Assembly: GCA_964106915.2 (NCBI GenBank)
Contig: OZ066918.1
Source of the DNA: Podarcis gaigeae
Lineage: Eukaryota
Reading direction: 5' to 3' (one strand)
Length of the DNA: 64,000 bases
Within the stretch, counting starts at the first letter, position 1. Each line of letters starts with the position of its first letter. Position numbers and translations under genes: made by a program. Positions 62,401 through 64,000 of the stretch are shown in pieces. The notes under the pieces are model-generated. The model was not told the DNA's origin. It was given only the letters and a program-made list of their open reading frames with translations, and did no database searches.

Positions 62401-63960
62401 CATTGAACAGCGTTCTTTGCTCAACTCGGATGCGGTAAATATGGCATGCAGTTGCATAACATTTTTATAGTCTAAATAAGATCTATTTTAAGGATAATCC
62501 TAGTCAAACGTTCCTGAAAGGACTCTCCATTATCTGGGTGAGAACACAGCGAAACTGCCACACCCAAAAGGTCACACACCCCCTCCCGACATACTGAATG
62601 TACCAATACATTTTCTTTTTGACAAAGGACTAGCCAGTGTGATATAATGGGTAGTGTGTAGGACTGGGACTTGGGAGGGTTCAAGTCCCCACTCAGCCAT
62701 ACAGTTCACTCAGTGACCTTGGGTCAGTCACTGCCTTTCAGCCTAGCCTACCTCACAGGGTTGTTGTGGGGATCAAATGGGAGAAGACCACACACGCCAC
62801 CTTGAACTTGGAGAAAAGGGTGGGATATAAATGCAACAAACTAAGTAAATGAATGAATAATATCTGAGCCATAATTAAGTGATCGTGCATGGGCCCTGTA
62901 ATTCCTTCTTTGGCAGGGGATCTTAGACATTGAATTTCGTGATGGCACCAATACTAACCACTGTTAAGGTTATCCAGGATTCCCTTTTAACTGGAATTTG
63001 AATGCTGCTTATATCTGCACTGGCCCTAATTGTATGACTGGCCTCCCAATGAGGATGTATTAAGGAAATTAAATATAGATTGGATTTATAAAAGCTAAAC
63101 AGTCTATTTGGTAGTTTCACTGAATTATTGTGGAACCCTTTTTGTACCCTATGTAGTTTTTATTAATAATAATAGTAATCAAATTCTAATACCTCACCCT
63201 TCATCTGTGGATCTTAGGGTGGTTCACAGCATAAAAATACAAGATAAAAACACAAAACACATAATAAAAACAAGGAACAAAACAATAACCCCAACTCCCT
63301 CTCAAAAACACAATATATAGGATGTCAGTCAGCCAAAAGCCTGGTTGAATGGGAATGTTTTCACCTGGTGCCTAAAGTTGTATAATGAAGGTGCCAGGGG
63401 AATCTCCTCGGGGAAAGCATTCCACAAACAGAGATAGGATAAATCTTTCCATTGTAAAGGCCCTGTCGTGCATCACCCCCTACCAGATAGCCCCCATTGA
63501 CAACACCAACAAGGTCTTGACTGATTGTAAGGTCCAAATATGGTTGATATTGGGGAAGGCACTCTTAGATACTTGGGCCCCAAGCCACTTAGGGCTTTAT
63601 ATAGGCTAGTACTCTACTAACACCTTGAATTTGGTCTGGTGGTTCACTGACAGCCAGTTGTGGTGCTTTCAGGATCGGTAGCACATGTTCTTATCAGGCT
63701 GCACCACCTACAACCTAGGAGCCATTAGTTGTAATGTAAATACCTTTGTCAAAGCTCTTAACAATTAACCGGTTATATCCCTCTGCTGTTACTGTAAATG
63801 TCTATTGCTGCTTGCTTTTTTAAAGGGTTTTGTGACCATGACACTTCAGTGTTCAGTAGAAATGCACACCATTGGCTATGCTTGGCGAGGTCTGAAAGAA
63901 CAGCTGGGTGAGGACATTGACAGCAAAGTCTCCCGAATGCGCTTTCTTAAGGGGAAGACG
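53042..63960 (+). CDS. DDX21: Nucleolar RNA helicase 2 (DDX21/DDX50 family, DDX21-like), 3'-partial. Exons: 53042-53146, 54180-54437, 55931-56006, 57281-57459, 57742-57859, 58856-59041, 59791-59936, 60291-60440, 60794-60955, 61202-61321, 61443-61516, 62275-62434, 63826-63960
   Basis: Q motif (LFPVQVKT), Walker [30 protein letters not shown] box, [33 protein letters not shown], and the start of the GUCT domain ([10 protein letters not shown]..). All junctions are GT-AG and in phase. The family call is secure; the choice of DDX21 over DDX50 is less so. Confidence 0.9.
53530..53820 (+). mobile_element. CR1-type LINE 3' end fragment in intron 1 of the helicase gene
   Basis: Collinear similarity to 21800-22062 (gatggcc.ccaact..aggatgctggact..ggcctgatccag). 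Confidence 0.65.
58148..58355. mobile_element. Tc1/mariner-type MITE
   Basis: TA|aagtcaaacctcgg..ccgaagtttgactg|TA. Confidence 0.75.
62107..62186. repeat. Short palindromic dispersed repeat (gctgcaatcct..aggattgcagc). Degenerate copies at about 5086, 12416, 29850, 43631, 47688, 58473 and 60100
   Basis: Inverted ends and a shared internal core (gaagtaagcccc..ggggcttactccca) across copies. Confidence 0.65.
63140..63720 (-). mobile_element. Degraded LINE (L2-like) fragment
   Basis: Motifs typical of squamate L2 3' ends on the minus strand (aaagcctggttgaatgggaatgttttcacctgg, gggccccaagccacttagggctttata, caccttgaatttgg). The family is recognised by eye only. Confidence 0.45.
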
Positions 63961-64000
63961 GTAAGAAATATTGACCTAGACATTTTGTAGGTATTTGCTG

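Noticed and set aside
1-64000. CRISPR arrays, operons or prokaryotic/viral systems
   Set aside because: The sequence is intron-exon vertebrate DNA throughout; no regularly spaced repeats or foreign-looking segment was seen.

Overview
Vertebrate genomic DNA, almost certainly from a squamate and probably a lacertid lizard, judging by the Sauria/Squam1 SINEs, CR1 LINEs and lizard-type hAT and Tc1-mariner MITEs. It carries the conserved CCAR1-STOX1-DDX21/DDX50 block, all on the + strand. (1) CCAR1: coding exons 3-25 by human numbering, 1039-22766, with the 5' end outside the window. It hosts the box C/D snoRNA SNORD98 in intron 12, and its exon 14 is missing, apparently inside a 300-N gap. (2) STOX1: complete, 4 exons, 31319-51358, 1000 aa. 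(3) A DDX21/DDX50-family DEVD-box nucleolar helicase from 53042, with 13 exons before it runs off the window end. The most interesting signals are candidate poison exons in CCAR1 intron 14, an extended external stem around a SNORD98 placed far from the 3' splice site, an RFX/E2F/MYB motif cluster at the STOX1 start, and a helicase with mixed DDX21/DDX50 features and a TCT/5'TOP-like start. I found no wholly new gene system. Homology calls come from recalled human sequences, not from database searches.
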